The notes beneath the pieces were generated by a model. It worked only from the letters and a program-made list of their open reading frames with translations, ran no database searches and was not told where the DNA came from. DNA of 64,000 nt from Octopus sinensis (taxonomy: Eukaryota): contig NC_043001.1 of NCBI RefSeq assembly GCF_006345805.1, positions 35,340,001 to 35,404,000 of the forward strand, given 5' to 3'. Of this stretch, positions 13,763-27,428 are shown in pieces. The translations under genes and the position numbers were made by a program. The number at the start of each line of letters is the position of its first letter. Position 1 is the stretch's first letter.

Positions 13763-14290
13763 ATCCATAACAAGATCAATAATATCACTTTTAACAACAA
13801 GAGTACTAATTCGATTCTGAATACACAGGAGCTTCCATGTAGTTAGGCAATAAATTTTGGAAATACATAGCTCGCATTCGATCTTAGTGTACAGTATCAT
13901 AAACTAGCGTCTATATATAAATTATTTATTTATTTATTTATTACGTACATCCGTCCATCCCAACTCTTGAATGAAACTGTGTGAAAGGAAAATGCATGCG
14001 GTAAGCTAGATGGGTAGATTGTATCTGTAGTTGGATGATGCAATTAATCCGCCGAACGATATAAAAATCCAATCAAGGTCTTCGAGCATACTGTTTCGTT
14101 AATATTGGGGCAAATGTTTTGTTTTAATGTAGTCTTCACGAACGGCAAATGAGTCAGGTTTGCACTCGTTTCTGTCTACTTCTGTTTTACTGTCTACCTA
14201 TCCCTGTTTCTCTGTCTGTCTGTCTGTCTATGTATCTATTTGTGTTTAGGCTTATAACCCGAGTGAAACCGGGTCTATCTGCTTCTTTTC

Positions 14291-14352
<62 letters not shown>

Positions 14353-14373
14353 AATATAATAATAATAATAATA

Positions 14374-14426
<53 letters not shown>

Positions 14427-14427
<1 letters not shown>

Positions 14428-14603
14428 TCAATTTTCGGCCACAAGGGCAGCTTGGGGGTGGTCGAGGTTGAGTCGATTAAATCGACCGCAGTGTTCAACT
14501 AGTACTTATTTTATCGACGCCGAATGGATGAAAGGCAAAGTCGACCTCGGCGGAATTTGAACTCAGAACGTAATGATGGGCTAATGCTGCCGCCTCACCG
14601 CTT
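14427..14603 (-). mobile_element. SINE-A copy between (TAT)n and (AAC)n(AAT)n tracts
   Basis: GGATGAAAGGCAAAGTCGACCTCGGCGGAATTTGAACTCAGAACG. Confidence 0.85.
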
Positions 14604-14646
14604 TAATAACAACAACAACAACAATAATAATAATAATAATAATAAT

Positions 14647-15208
14647 GCCCTGATTCAGTACCAGGCAGTGGCTCTCGTGGCTTCTGATCTTAACTGACTG
14701 GAAGTGTTATCATGTAGATTGTTTTGTCTCGGTATAAAAGATGGGCTACAGCAAATATTCTGCTCAATACCTCAGATTTGCTTGTCAGTTGTTTGACCAT
14801 AACCAGTTGAGCATGTCCCTTAGTGGCTGACGATATGTGCATCTCGGACCACGAGCAGAATTAGTGGGGGAGCATCATAGCCATGTGCTGAGAGGGATTC
14901 GTTGGGGTTTGAATAATTCACCTCTTGAAACATTGGTGTTTCGCTCAACATCCTTAAACAACCCTCATTCAGGGACCTTTAGAGCAGGATGGTTTACTCA
15001 ACCAGAGGAAAATACTAACTGGGCCCCACCTGTAAGGTCATGTGCTGTTGATCATGATATGAGATCACCATCTCGCGCACATATGGTTGTGATGCATGTG
15101 CCTAGTGTACCCTTATCAGACGGGTAGTCATGATGGCTATACTGGGCTTCGTACCCCAGTGTCATTTACCCCAGTGTCATTTTGATGGCATGCACTGCTC
15201 TCTCACTC
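14647..15208 (+). mobile_element. ORF-less ~560-bp element embedded in (TAA)n; possible non-autonomous R4/Dong-related element
   Basis: Sharp boundaries with (AAT)n on both sides (..AATAAT|GCCCTG..CTCTCACTC|AATAAT..); 15-nt tandem ACCCCAGTGTCATTT near the right end. Orientation inferred by analogy with the adjacent LINE. Confidence 0.55.
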
Positions 15209-15286
<78 letters not shown>

Positions 15287-15298
15287 AATATAATAATA

Positions 15299-15372
<74 letters not shown>

Positions 15373-15377
15373 TAATA

Positions 15378-16243
15378 ATGGCAAGAATAAATGGCAAGAA
15401 ATGCCCCTTCATGGTAAATACTGCACTAAACTAAACGCAAAAGAAATAGACAAAGAAAAATCCCAGCAATGGTTGAGAAGCTCAGGACTCAAAGCAGAAA
15501 CAGAGGGATTTTTAATTGCAGCACAAGACCAAAGCCTCCCCACCAGAAATTACCAAAAACATGTAATGAAAAGAAATATTACAAGTAACTGCAGAATATG
15601 TGGAGATGGACAAGAAACAATAAATCATATTATCTCTAGCTGCCCAGTCCTGGCTAAGAAGGAATATATTCACAGACATGACAGAGTTGGAACCTACATA
15701 CATTGGAAGCTATGCCAACATTATGGAATAACAACAGAAAAAAGATGGTATAGGCACACACCAGAAAAGGTCACAGAAAACGAGAAAACAACCATACTCT
15801 GGGATATGCCGATACACACAGATAGAGAAATTAAGGCCAACAGACCAGATATAGTTGTCAGAGATCATGAAGAAAAAAAATGCTTTCTAATTGATGTATC
15901 AATACCGGCAGATGACAACGTGTCTCCAAAAGAAATGGAGAAACTCTCAAAATACAAAGACCTGGAAATAGAGGTAACTAGAATGTGGAATCTGAAAACA
16001 GAAACAATTCCTATCATAGTAGGTGCATTAGGCATGATAAAAAAATATTCAGACAAATACATAACAAAAACACCAGGACTTACAAACACATATAAATTGC
16101 ACTACTAGGCACTGCACACATCCTACGCAGAACACTTTCCATACAATAACCATCAGAGCATCACAACAAATCACAGCACATACCCAAGGCACACAGAGCT
16201 GCGCTCGGTAGTGAAGTGAAAGCACGCTATAAAAATAAAACTA

Positions 16244-16246
<3 letters not shown>
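15378..16246 (+). mobile_element. 5'-truncated R4/Dong-clade non-LTR retrotransposon
   Basis: Encodes the LINE C-terminus (next feature), then a ~100-nt 3' UTR running into (AAT)n; (AAT)n also lies upstream. Confidence 0.9.
15401..16149 (+). pseudogene. C-terminal zinc knuckle and restriction-like (PD-D/ExK) endonuclease of an R4/Dong ORF
   Basis: LHGKY, CRICGDGQETINHIISSC (CCHC), RHD, RPDIVV..LIDVSIP, KYKDL, IIVGALG. A small deletion near 16093 shifts the frame; the expected end IALLGTAHILRRTLSIQ* continues to TAA at 16149. Confidence 0.9.
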
Positions 16247-16284
<38 letters not shown>

Positions 16285-16299
16285 TAATAATAATAATAA

Positions 16300-16389
<90 letters not shown>

Positions 16390-16412
16390 AAGAAGAAGAA
16401 GAAGAAGAAGAA
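16247..16412. repeat. (AAT)n(GAA)n compound microsatellite; related (TAA)n/(CAA)n tracts at 14337-14426, 14606-14646, 15209-15377
   Basis: Visible directly. Confidence 0.97.
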
Positions 16413-16776
16413 TAGTAACAGTAATAAACCAGATAATATAGATCTTTATACAAGTAATAAAGTAGAATGTGAAGAGTTACAACGCCTTTGATCATAGGTT
16501 TGCGAGATACAGCTGCCCTATATCTAAACATTATCCACAGCAGGAGCAACTACAGCAACAACCAAAACAAGAACATGCTGACGTTGGGACAGTAAGATGT
16601 ATTCAGGGTAAATGATCAGTTTCATGATTATATATTTCTGAGTAAATAAACAGCAGTTAATTTCCTTGCAGAACTTGGATTTATACTATGATAAAAGGGG
16701 CTCAAATTGTGGTCGAGGTTCATTCACAGCTTGGTTATCTGAAACGGCGCTTCATAAATATGTGTATTTATACTAT

Positions 16777-17190
16777 TTTACTCTTTTACTCTTTTACTTG
16801 TTTCAGTCATTTGACTGCGGCCATGCTTGAGCACCGCCATTAGTCGAGCTAATCGACCCCGGGACTTATTCTTTGTAAGCCCAGTACTTATTCTATCGGT
16901 CTCTTTTGCCGAACCGCTAAGTGACGGGGACGTAAACACACCAGCATCGGTTGTCAAGCAATGCTAGGGGGACAAACACAGACACACAAACATACACACA
17001 CACATATATATATATATACATATATACGACAGGCTTCTTTCAGTTTCCGTCTACCAAATCCACTCACAAGGCATTGGTCGGCCCGGGGCTATAGCAGAAG
17101 ACACTTGCCCAAGATGCCACGCAGTGGGACTGAACCCGGAACCATGTGGTTGGTTAGCAAGCTACTTACCACACAGCCACTCCTGCGCCT
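16777..17190 (-). mobile_element. SINE-B, full length
   Basis: On the minus strand: head AGGCGCAGGAGTGGCTGTGTGGTAAG..CCGGGTTCAGTCCCAC, TTGGGCAAG motif, internal (TA)n(TG)n, tail (GTAAAAGA)n. Confidence 0.95.
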
Positions 17191-17360
17191 AATAATATAT
17201 ATATATATATATTGTTAGTGGATGTACAATAAATTATATGACGGTCATACATATCAACAGAACTACTAATAACAACAGCAACACCACTTTATTACTATAC
17301 TACCATCGTCTGCATCAACAACAACACAAAGCATATTTTTACCAAACGACTACTACATAT

Positions 17361-17764
17361 AGGCACAGGAGTGGCTGTGTGGTAAATAGCTTGCTTACCA
17401 ACCGCATGGTTCCGGGTTCAGTCCCACTGCGTATCACCTTGGGCAAGTGTCTTCTACTATAGCCTCGGGCTGACCAAAGCCTTGTGAGTAGATATGCTAG
17501 ACGGAAACTGAAAGAAGCCCGTCGTATATATGTATATGTATATATATGTGTGTTTGCGTATCTGTGTTTGTCCCCCCAACATTGCTTGACAACAAATGGT
17601 GGCGTGTTTACGTCCTCGTAACATAGCGGTTCGGCAAAGAGGCCTATAGAATAAGTACTAGGCTTACAAATAATAAGTCCTGAGGTCGATTTGCTCGAGT
17701 AAAGGAGGTGCTCCAGCATGGCCGCATTCAAATGATTGTAACAAGTAAAAGAGTAAAAAGAGTA
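17361..17764 (+). mobile_element. SINE-B, full length
   Basis: Same layout on the plus strand, head-to-head with the previous copy. Confidence 0.95.
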
Positions 17765-20043
17765 TATCGCCACAAATATCATTATCTTAAACACCATTAG
17801 AACCACAATCTCCTCCCTCCAACATCATCACCAACATCACTTGTACTCTCGCTATGAAGAATATTAACATCATAAACACTATTATCACAACAGTTACCGC
17901 CAGCATGTATCAACACTATAAGTGCCATCGTCACCAACGTTACCACCATCATTACTCCATCTCCATCGCTAGCATTTCTTACTATTTCTGTTATTATGGT
18001 TGTCTACATCATTGGTATTGTTCCATCTTTTTTCCACCCATCTATCTCCCTCTTTACCCTCTTCCCCTTCTTCGTTGCTTTCTGATATAAATGAAATGAC
18101 TGCAACAAACTGGGAACCACAACAGAACTTTTATAACAGTCCAGTATGGTGTTAATTAATGATAGAAAAAAAATTACTGCATCATCAATAACAAAACAAA
18201 ATCTTATTAACAGCCGCATCATTCAAGAAATAAATTGAACATTTAGCACCATAACTAACTACCACCATGAGGGAAAAACAACGAAGACAATAGCAACAAC
18301 AACAATGCAAAATAAGACATTATGATTAAGCGCAACAGCCACAATAAAAATCAACTAACGTAAGAAATAATATCAATAACAATAGATAGAAGAGAAACAA
18401 GAACAACTGAAGAATAAATGTAGAAATGCAAGAAATAACTTAATGGTTCGTAAATCAATTATTCTTCATTTCTTGGCAAAATCTAACGAAGGCTTTTTAT
18501 GAAAATTTCTTAAAATACACTCGAGACATTAAAATACGGTGAGATAACACAAGACAGACAATAGGTTATTCATCTGATCAGAACTTTACCTAACCACCTC
18601 CGGCAAAATATACAAAATTATCTCAGTCAATTGTTATAGAAAAACCTATGTAATTACAATTATAACTGGGTTTTTGTGTTTGTGTTCTCTTTAAAAGTAA
18701 GTTCTACTCAGTAGCCTTGTATTTAATGGCGAATAAAACATTCTGGTTAAATCGTGCTAAAATACTCTAACCTATATAGCGTGGTATATCAGTTGTGTAC
18801 AAAGTACAAAATGTTAAGTATTGTACGTGGTACATTTAAAGGGGAATAAAGGGGATTAAATGTATGGAAAGTGTTGAAGTTTCAGTTAATATTATTTATG
18901 TAGTAAGCATGTCATTCATGAAATAATATAGTTTTTGTAACTCCTTCGTCTAAGTTCCCCTTTTGTCTCCTTCTTCGGCTCCACCAGAACCTACAGATAT
19001 ATGCAATCGACCAATGAGAAATCATATATATTGTGGATCGATCTGATTAAAGTAACAATCAAATTTCTTTAAAACTACACCCTATCATCTACAAAAAAGA
19101 ACGAAGTATTTGATAATGTAGTCCTAGATATGAAAAAAAGAGAACATAGTAATGCATGAAACGTTTATCTTGTGTCTTCCTGGTCAGGGTCGAGTTAAGA
19201 CTAAAGAAAAACACTTTCGGTTTACACAATAATTATATCAAAAGCGACAACACAGTAGAGAAATGTAATAACACTTACCATGGAATTCTGCATGTAGGAG
19301 TGAACAGTCCATCATCAAATAAACGGAAACCCATTCTGTCTGTGTACCAGGTTTGCTTGCTTTGTTTGATTCTTCGATGACATTCCAACGCGCACGCCCT
19401 AAACAGACTAAGTGACTGGTGCTAGATAACAAGGACAATGCAACAACTTTGAGACTATAATGGATAATTTCGATGTCCTTTTGATTTTGATTTAGGAGGT
19501 TGATAGAAGGGCGATTATGTCCATTCCAAGATGTTACATATTCCTTACAATCATATTAACTGAATTCTAGCGTCTGAAATAGCTTCAGTGCATGCATATA
19601 AGTTTGAGTGTTCATCACTTTCTTTTGGTAAACGGCCAAATACACTACACTGCATCTGTCTTCGAAACATATTTGATTTTTCTTTCTCGTACACATTAGA
19701 GCAATTGCTCTGCTATCATTTCGTCATGTGACATGTGGTACCTCGTGCACCTGTACAAGTAATGTCGATTTTGAGTGGGAATCAGTTTAAGTGAGCACAA
19801 ACGTTTCATCACAATCAACAAAACATCGCTGTACGGTAACAAAAGAAGTTGCAGAACCCTTATGCGTCGTCTAACGACAGGAGACTCCACAATATGTATG
19901 TGTGTATGTATGTATGTATGTATGTATGTATGTATGTATGTATGTATGTATGTATGTATGTATGCATGTATGTATGCATGTATGTATATATATATGTATA
20001 TATATATGTATATATATATATATGTATATATATATATGTATAT

Positions 20044-20075
<32 letters not shown>

Positions 20076-20200
20076 GATATATATATATATATATATATAT
20101 ATAGATATATATATAATATATATATATAACGCTTTATGGACATAAAACGCAGGGTGATTCCATAATCCGTTCATATCTGCTATAATATATGTGTATATAT

Positions 20201-20417
20201 AAGGCGGCGAGCTGGCAGAAACGTTAACACGTCGGGCGAAATGCTTAACTGTACTTCGTCAGTCTTTATGTTCTGAGTTCAAATTCCGCCAAGTCCGACT
20301 TTACCTTTCATCCTTTCGGGTTCGATAAATTAAGTATCAGTTGCGTACTTGGGTGTATCTAATCGAGTGGGCCCCTTCCCCCAAAATTTCGGGCCTTGTG
20401 CCTCGAGTAGAAAAGAT
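20201..20417 (+). mobile_element. SINE-A, tail 2
   Basis: AAGGCGGCGAGCTGGCAGAA..GAGTTCAAATTCC..CCCCAAAATTTCGGGCCTTGTGCCTCGAGTAGAAAAG. Confidence 0.9.
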
Positions 20418-20485
20418 TATATATGTATATACATACATACATATATGTATATATATATGCCCGTATATATATATTTATGTATGCA

Positions 20486-20871
20486 CTAGCAGTATCGCCC
20501 GGCGTTGCTCAGGTTTGTAAGGGAAATAACTATAAAGCATTTTTAGAGAGTTATAGCAAAAAATAGAAAAAAAATGGAAAAAAAAATGATGGTAAATTTT
20601 TTTTTGAGAGTAAAAAAAGGTTGAGTTGCGTCCCCTAGACAGTCTGTGGTTTGTTTTTTTTTTTCTCGACCCCATGTCGAATTTATCGATTTTTTTCAGA
20701 ACTGGGGGAACTTTTCAAAATTTTCGCTGCGTTAGTTTTGAATTATGACATTGGGCTATGTGTGTGTCAAGTTTCATCAGAATCGGTTGAAAGCCGTGGT
20801 CAGGGTGAGGGTACGAGAAAACAGACACACAGAAACACGCACAGACAAACTGCCGTTTATATAGAGAGAGA
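20486..20871 (-). mobile_element. Non-autonomous Helitron-like element
   Basis: On the minus strand: 5' A|TC end, 3' CTAG|T end with a GC-rich hairpin remnant (plus strand CCCGGCGTTGCTCAGG) about 8 nt inside; internal (ACAG/ACAC) repeat. Confidence 0.75.
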
Positions 20872-21629
20872 TATATATATATGTATGTGTGTGTGTGTGT
20901 GTTGCGTGCATGCGCGCTTGCGTGAGTGCTAAGAAAGATGTACAATTTGCATTTTTAGGAACTATTTGGCACTGCCTTATCCTGATACGAAATGACATAT
21001 ATAAAGCAGCACTATCATGCTGTACTCAACATATTCTATTTCGCAATTGCAATTTTGTGTTCTTCAAGATAAGATTAAGAAACAGATTAAGAAACAGATT
21101 AATCTTGTGTAGAACACAATCATAGATGCACAGTAAGAAGTCTGGAATGACGTTTCATATATTGTTATTAAACTATATTATATTTTACCGATAAATTACG
21201 ATGTATGAGATGTTTCTTTTACTTTTATACTTTGATATTAGCTATGCCTAGATTCATTGTAGATGTCACGCTACTACAAAGGTCTTAAAGAAAATTGTAA
21301 TTAAATATATATTTCCATTTCATTTCACACTGAGATCTGTTTTTCACTTGCTGAAAAAGTGTAGCAGTTCGAATGAATTTAAAGAGAAGTGGAATATTTT
21401 GTTTATTTGTTGAAACCGAACGCAGCTTTGTTTGTATCTATGTATATATATGTGCATCCGTAGGTTTATGTCTGTTTTTGTTGCTATGTATATATGAGTG
21501 TAAATGTACGTAAACTAGTTGCACTTATGCGTTTGTATACATATTTAGATAAGTACTAAGTAATATGCATCTCTTTTCTCTCTCTTTCTCTCTCTCTCAC
21601 TTTCCTCACCACATATACATACATACATA

Positions 21630-21630
21630 C

Positions 21631-21709
<79 letters not shown>

Positions 21710-21774
21710 CAGACAGATAGACAGATAAACAGAGAGATAGATAGATTCATTGATAGATAGATAGATAGATAGAC

Positions 21775-21846
<72 letters not shown>

Positions 21847-21918
21847 TTGATAGATAGACAGATAGACAGATAAACAGATAGATAGATTGATTGATAGATA
21901 GATAGCTAGAAGGATAGT

Positions 21919-21990
<72 letters not shown>

Positions 21991-22007
21991 TAGACAGACA
22001 GACAGAC

Positions 22008-22072
<65 letters not shown>
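21630..22072. repeat. (GATA)n/(GACA)n microsatellite; (TACA)n(GATA)n also at 26355-26640
   Basis: Visible directly. Confidence 0.98.
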
Positions 22073-22073
<1 letters not shown>

Positions 22074-23593
22074 TAATGGCCGACTCTCCACGTGATATTG
22101 CAATTACTACTTAGAACTACAGCTATAATTATCATTGTAAGCCTTTTCCCCACAATATGCCAGTAGAAATTAATTTAATCCGTACTAAATTAATGACAAA
22201 TTTAAATTGGCTTTCATCGTGGTTTATTACATTTCAAAATTGCTGTTGACTGCATGAAACATGAACTACGACTCAGAAAGTCGATTTCGTTCTGACGCAC
22301 CCTATATTATCGGCTGCTTAGCTTTGGGGAATAAAAGCCACATACAACGCAACCAGTGATTACGTTTCACCAGAAAGTTTTGAATTTTTTTTCTAGCTGT
22401 ACTACTTAAGATGATGTTTTAAGATGTTTAAATAAACCGTGCAATGAAAGCGTAACACGCCACAACCGCACAAGCAAACATTTAACCACCACGGAATTCT
22501 GAAAGTCAGTGACGAATATTTTCGTGAGTATTTATATACCGAAACAGTATGAGAATTAGAAAACAAAAACAAAATTCTGGTTTTGACTTTTGCTGAAAAA
22601 ATTTGTTGATCAATACAGCTTCTTTTAGTGTGACTGCACCTTCTCATATTCAAAGATATTATTGATATATTCTGTAAATAACGAACCAAGACTATTGATA
22701 CTCAAATTCTAATACAATATACTTGAATAATTAATTGACTTTATTCACAATCCTAAATATAAAACCTCTGGTATTACTTTGTCAAAATCTGCAAATACTT
22801 GAAAAGGATAGCGGAGTGAATAGAGTTTTACAAACCCACACTAATCTAATAAAAACAAGAAATATCGCGACGGAGAATGTTAATAAATCTCAAATTATAT
22901 TCAACGTAAGAGAACCAGTATTTGAAAAGTGAGAGATTCTACTTTGAAATATGTATCAACCTGTCCGATGTAATGAAATTGTATAGTAAGCCAAAAGAAT
23001 AACACATAACAATGAATTATTTTAGTTGTATAAGTAATGAACTGTATTGTATAAAATGCTCAACATGTGATGAAAATTATATTGGACAAACTGGAATAAG
23101 TTGCAAGTGATGCAGCATTGACCAGAGAGTAAATCTCCAGGCTATATATTGTGAGTATATCATTATATAATCTGATAAATATCAGTTAAATTTTAAAAGT
23201 TTTCATTTATGCCTATGTGCAGAGAGACCTATAACAGCACCAAATCAATAAAGTGCATTCACTGGAAGTTATAATTAATGAATTACTTCATATTTGATTT
23301 ATAATTATAACGTAAAATATTTAATTGAAGAACGCTATTACAACAGTTAAAAGGTTCTAAGTTGCAGAAGTATGATTTTCTCGTTCAATTAATTGAAACC
23401 GGTGGGGAAAACAAATATTCTTTTAAAATAACTATATTAAGAATCGATTGATATATAAAAGATACAGAAATGAAGTTCGTCGACTGGAGTTCCTTGAATT
23501 TGCATTTCACACACATGCACACATACACTCACATTAATATATATAATATATATATTATATATATTAATACACACATACACTCACATTAATATA

Positions 23594-23769
23594 TAATACG
23601 GGTAACGGATACCGATAGTATATACAGATATTTTATTCTTTGGTCGGTTTTATAACCGCTAACTCTGTTTACACGATATATAATATCGTGTAAGCAGAGT
23701 TAACGGTTATAATATCCGACTAAGGAATAAAATATCTGTATATACTATCGGTATCCGTTACCAGTATTA
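23594..23769. other. Near-perfect 176-bp palindrome (foldback)
   Basis: Arms 23594-23679 and 23683-23769 with a 3-nt loop (ATA); about 7 differences by hand alignment. Confidence 0.95.
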
Positions 23770-24300
23770 TCCCCGGGAATTGGTGTGCAGGCACACCGTA
23801 CACGTACAGTGCAGGTAACAACAGAATAAACAAGAGTTTATCAGGGACCAATGCAGATAATTGGAAAATGGAGAAAACCTCAGAGTAACAAACACATCGA
23901 TTGGACCACATTTGTCGCATATATTATAATACAACGCATAACATATTGCATTAAGAAAAAAAGCTATAAATATGGTCTAGTCGATGTGTTTGCTAAACTG
24001 AGGTTTTCTCCACTTTCTAATTATTTGTATTATATATGTACAACAAGAAATAATATTTGTCTCTTCTAATTGAAACAAATGGCTTTATAGGACAGCAAAA
24101 GAAGTGCTCAAATATAAGTGAGACGAAGATAAAGGAGCATATGATTAAATGTTTGAGGGATGGTGTTGTATGTAAAGTCGTTGGCCCAAATTTAATGTTT
24201 AAACTGTTTTCCACCTGCCTTCGTCTTTTGTTTATTTTCATAAAGCTTCCCGTTATATATATATATATATCAAGAAGTTTTCAAAAAAAAAAAAAGCAAA

Positions 24301-24472
24301 GGGCGCAGCAGTGGTTGTGTGGTAAGTAGCTTGCTTACCAACGAAATGTCTCCGGGTTCATTCCCAGCACGTGGAACTTTGGGAAAGTATTCTCTACTGT
24401 AGCCTCGGCTCGACCAAAGCTTTGTGAGTGGATTTGGTAGACGCAAACTGAAAGAAGCCCGTCGTATATATG

Positions 24473-24539
<67 letters not shown>

Positions 24540-24752
24540 TTGTGTGTCTCTGTTTGTCCCCCAACATCGCTTGACAACCGATGCTGGTGTGTTTACGTCT
24601 CCGTAATTTAGCGGTTCGGCAAGAGAGACCGATAGAAAAAGTACTAGGCTTACAAAGAATAAGTCCTGCGGTCGATTTGGTCGACTAACTAAAGGCGGTG
24701 CTCCAGCATGGACGCAGTGAAATGACTGAAACAAGTAAAAGAGAAAAAGAGT
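24301..24752 (+). mobile_element. SINE-B, full length
   Basis: Head, TTGGGAAAG variant, internal (TA)n(TG)n, GTAAAAGAG tail. Confidence 0.93.
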
Positions 24753-26450
24753 ATATTACCATTGAATTCCGAAATGATGTTGTAGAGTTTCACAAGCGTA
24801 GATGATGGGACATATGTGCCACTTTCATGGGTTCTGCTTCTGGCATTCAACAATTTCGGTAAAATATAAAATTTGCTCTAATTTGTATGTGAGTCATTAT
24901 ACTATAAAAATGCGCACATACGTTGATATATCGGTATATATATTTATATATAAAACACACACACATACATATATATGCATATATACGTATATATATATAT
25001 ATAATACATGTGTGTGTATGTATGTATGCATGTATGTACACACATACACTCAATACACGCTCACATATATTTACACGCATATATATATATATATATATTA
25101 TTATATATATATATGCATATATATGTAGACATATATGCATATATTTATATATATGTACAGGTTTGGGAATGTTTGTATATGTATATATGTTCACACTTAT
25201 ATATGTGAACATGTGTATCATAGATATGTTTTTGGGGTAGCTCTGAATTCGAGGTAAGGCAATAGAAACACTAAATAGGTCAAAAGCTTCGTTTAGTGCT
25301 TTTATGGTTCCTATTAAACTAATATAAATATTTTTGCACACACATATACTCACATATATACTCGTCAGTATATGCGTGTTCACATGGGTAGATGTATACA
25401 AGCATTAATACGGGCGCTTCACACACATATATAACATACGTATATATGTGATGAAAGAGAGCTAGAGAGAGAAAATAGAGGGAGAGAGATTCCCAGAATT
25501 AATACATATCTATATATTAAAATATTCTATCTATTTCTTTATCAATATACTTGCCTCTCTAAATGAGATAATATGGGTGCATATATCTCGTATATGTGTT
25601 TATGTGTTTGTCCGTGTGTGAGGTTGTGTGTGTGTGTGAGCGTTGATTTTTTTTTTATGTTGTAACTGCGATAGAAATAGGCCGTGTGTGTGTTACTGCG
25701 TGTTTCTAAACATTCATAATTAAGCATTACGCTCATACACAGGATTGGGTACGTATTTGTGGTGTGTAGTATTCTGTGTTGGCATCAGTGTGTGTGTTGC
25801 CTACTCGTGTCTCAGTATACGTATGTATTTCCTACTGTATATATATATATGTGAATGTTTGGTATGAACGTACATATTCTGACTATAAAGAAACATTCCC
25901 ATACTAAGAACGTTTAGACCTGCAATAAAACGTCTTGTGTTTCTTTCTTCCGGACGCTCTATCTTTTATAGCTTATTTTCATTGGCACTCTCTGTGACAC
26001 AAAGATCTTATCATCTTGCCCATAATTTCAGTGCAGCTGCCCACAAAGACCCAGTTTTTTCGACTGGGAACCACTACAAATTTCGCTAACGCACAGGAAA
26101 CATTCACGCTCGATAAGCATGCAGAATATTGTACTAAAAGATTCGCTTCGTAGAGATGTGGAGAACCGATTTTTTTTCGTGGGGCGGGCGGTAGGTGATG
26201 ATATTGTAGTGGTTATGGTAGCAGTGGTGATGGGTGGTGATGCTGTTAGAGTGATAGTGATATAATGCGATTATGAATTTCTTATCGTACCACATAGCAA
26301 GATAGTCATATATTCATCTGTATATTTCATGACATGTACACAAAATTAGGAATGCATACATACATACATACATACATACATACATACATACATACATACA
26401 TACATACATACATAATACATACATACACATATACATACATATGTAGATAT

Positions 26451-26493
<43 letters not shown>

Positions 26494-26494
26494 T

Positions 26495-26547
<53 letters not shown>

Positions 26548-27186
26548 TACATAGATAGATAGATAAATACATACATACATACATACATACATACATACAT
26601 ACATACATACATACATACATACATACATACATTCATACATACTTCTGTACTTTTCATTATAATTGTATAATATTCTATTATAAATTTTTATTTATGAATT
26701 CACCTTAATAGGTATATTTCATATGCTGGCCACTGATGCAAATGTTTAACGATTTTATCCTTTATTATTATATTTGAATATTTTTCCATTCACTTTTGGA
26801 TAGTTTAGTCACTTCCGTACTACACTGAGCAAATACAAACTTGTTAAGGTAAACTACGAAATTCGATGCGGATATATCTGTGGTATTTGTATGTAACTGC
26901 GGCTTTGCGTTTGCTTTTCTGTGACTGTGTATAAATGCCTCATTTATTTCCCTCAGTATGCTTTGCTGACGAAGGAAGAAGCATGAGACTAATCCAAAAA
27001 TTGTTCAATCCAAGGCTATCTGAATTATTTTGTGTATTTCTGTCTGCCTACTCCCTCGCTTACAACATGTGCGTATTATAAAAGTGATGATTAAGAGGGC
27101 TTCGACGATTTAGCGTTTATTTTCAGCATATAGGCACGGTACACTCTGTGCCCTTAAATTATAATTGTATTTTATACTATTATAAA

Positions 27187-27236
<50 letters not shown>

Positions 27237-27300
27237 CATACATACTTACATACACAAACACACACACACAAACAAACACACACACACAAACACACACACA

Positions 27301-27342
<42 letters not shown>

Positions 27343-27428
27343 ACATATATATATATATATATTATATATATATATATATATATGAAACACATGCTACTTA
27401 ATTTTATTAAACAATGTAAGTATTACAT

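Noticed and set aside
14250-14285. CCCGAGTGAAACCGGG hairpin resembling a Helitron 3' end
   Set aside because: No CTAG terminus or matching 5' end could be identified.
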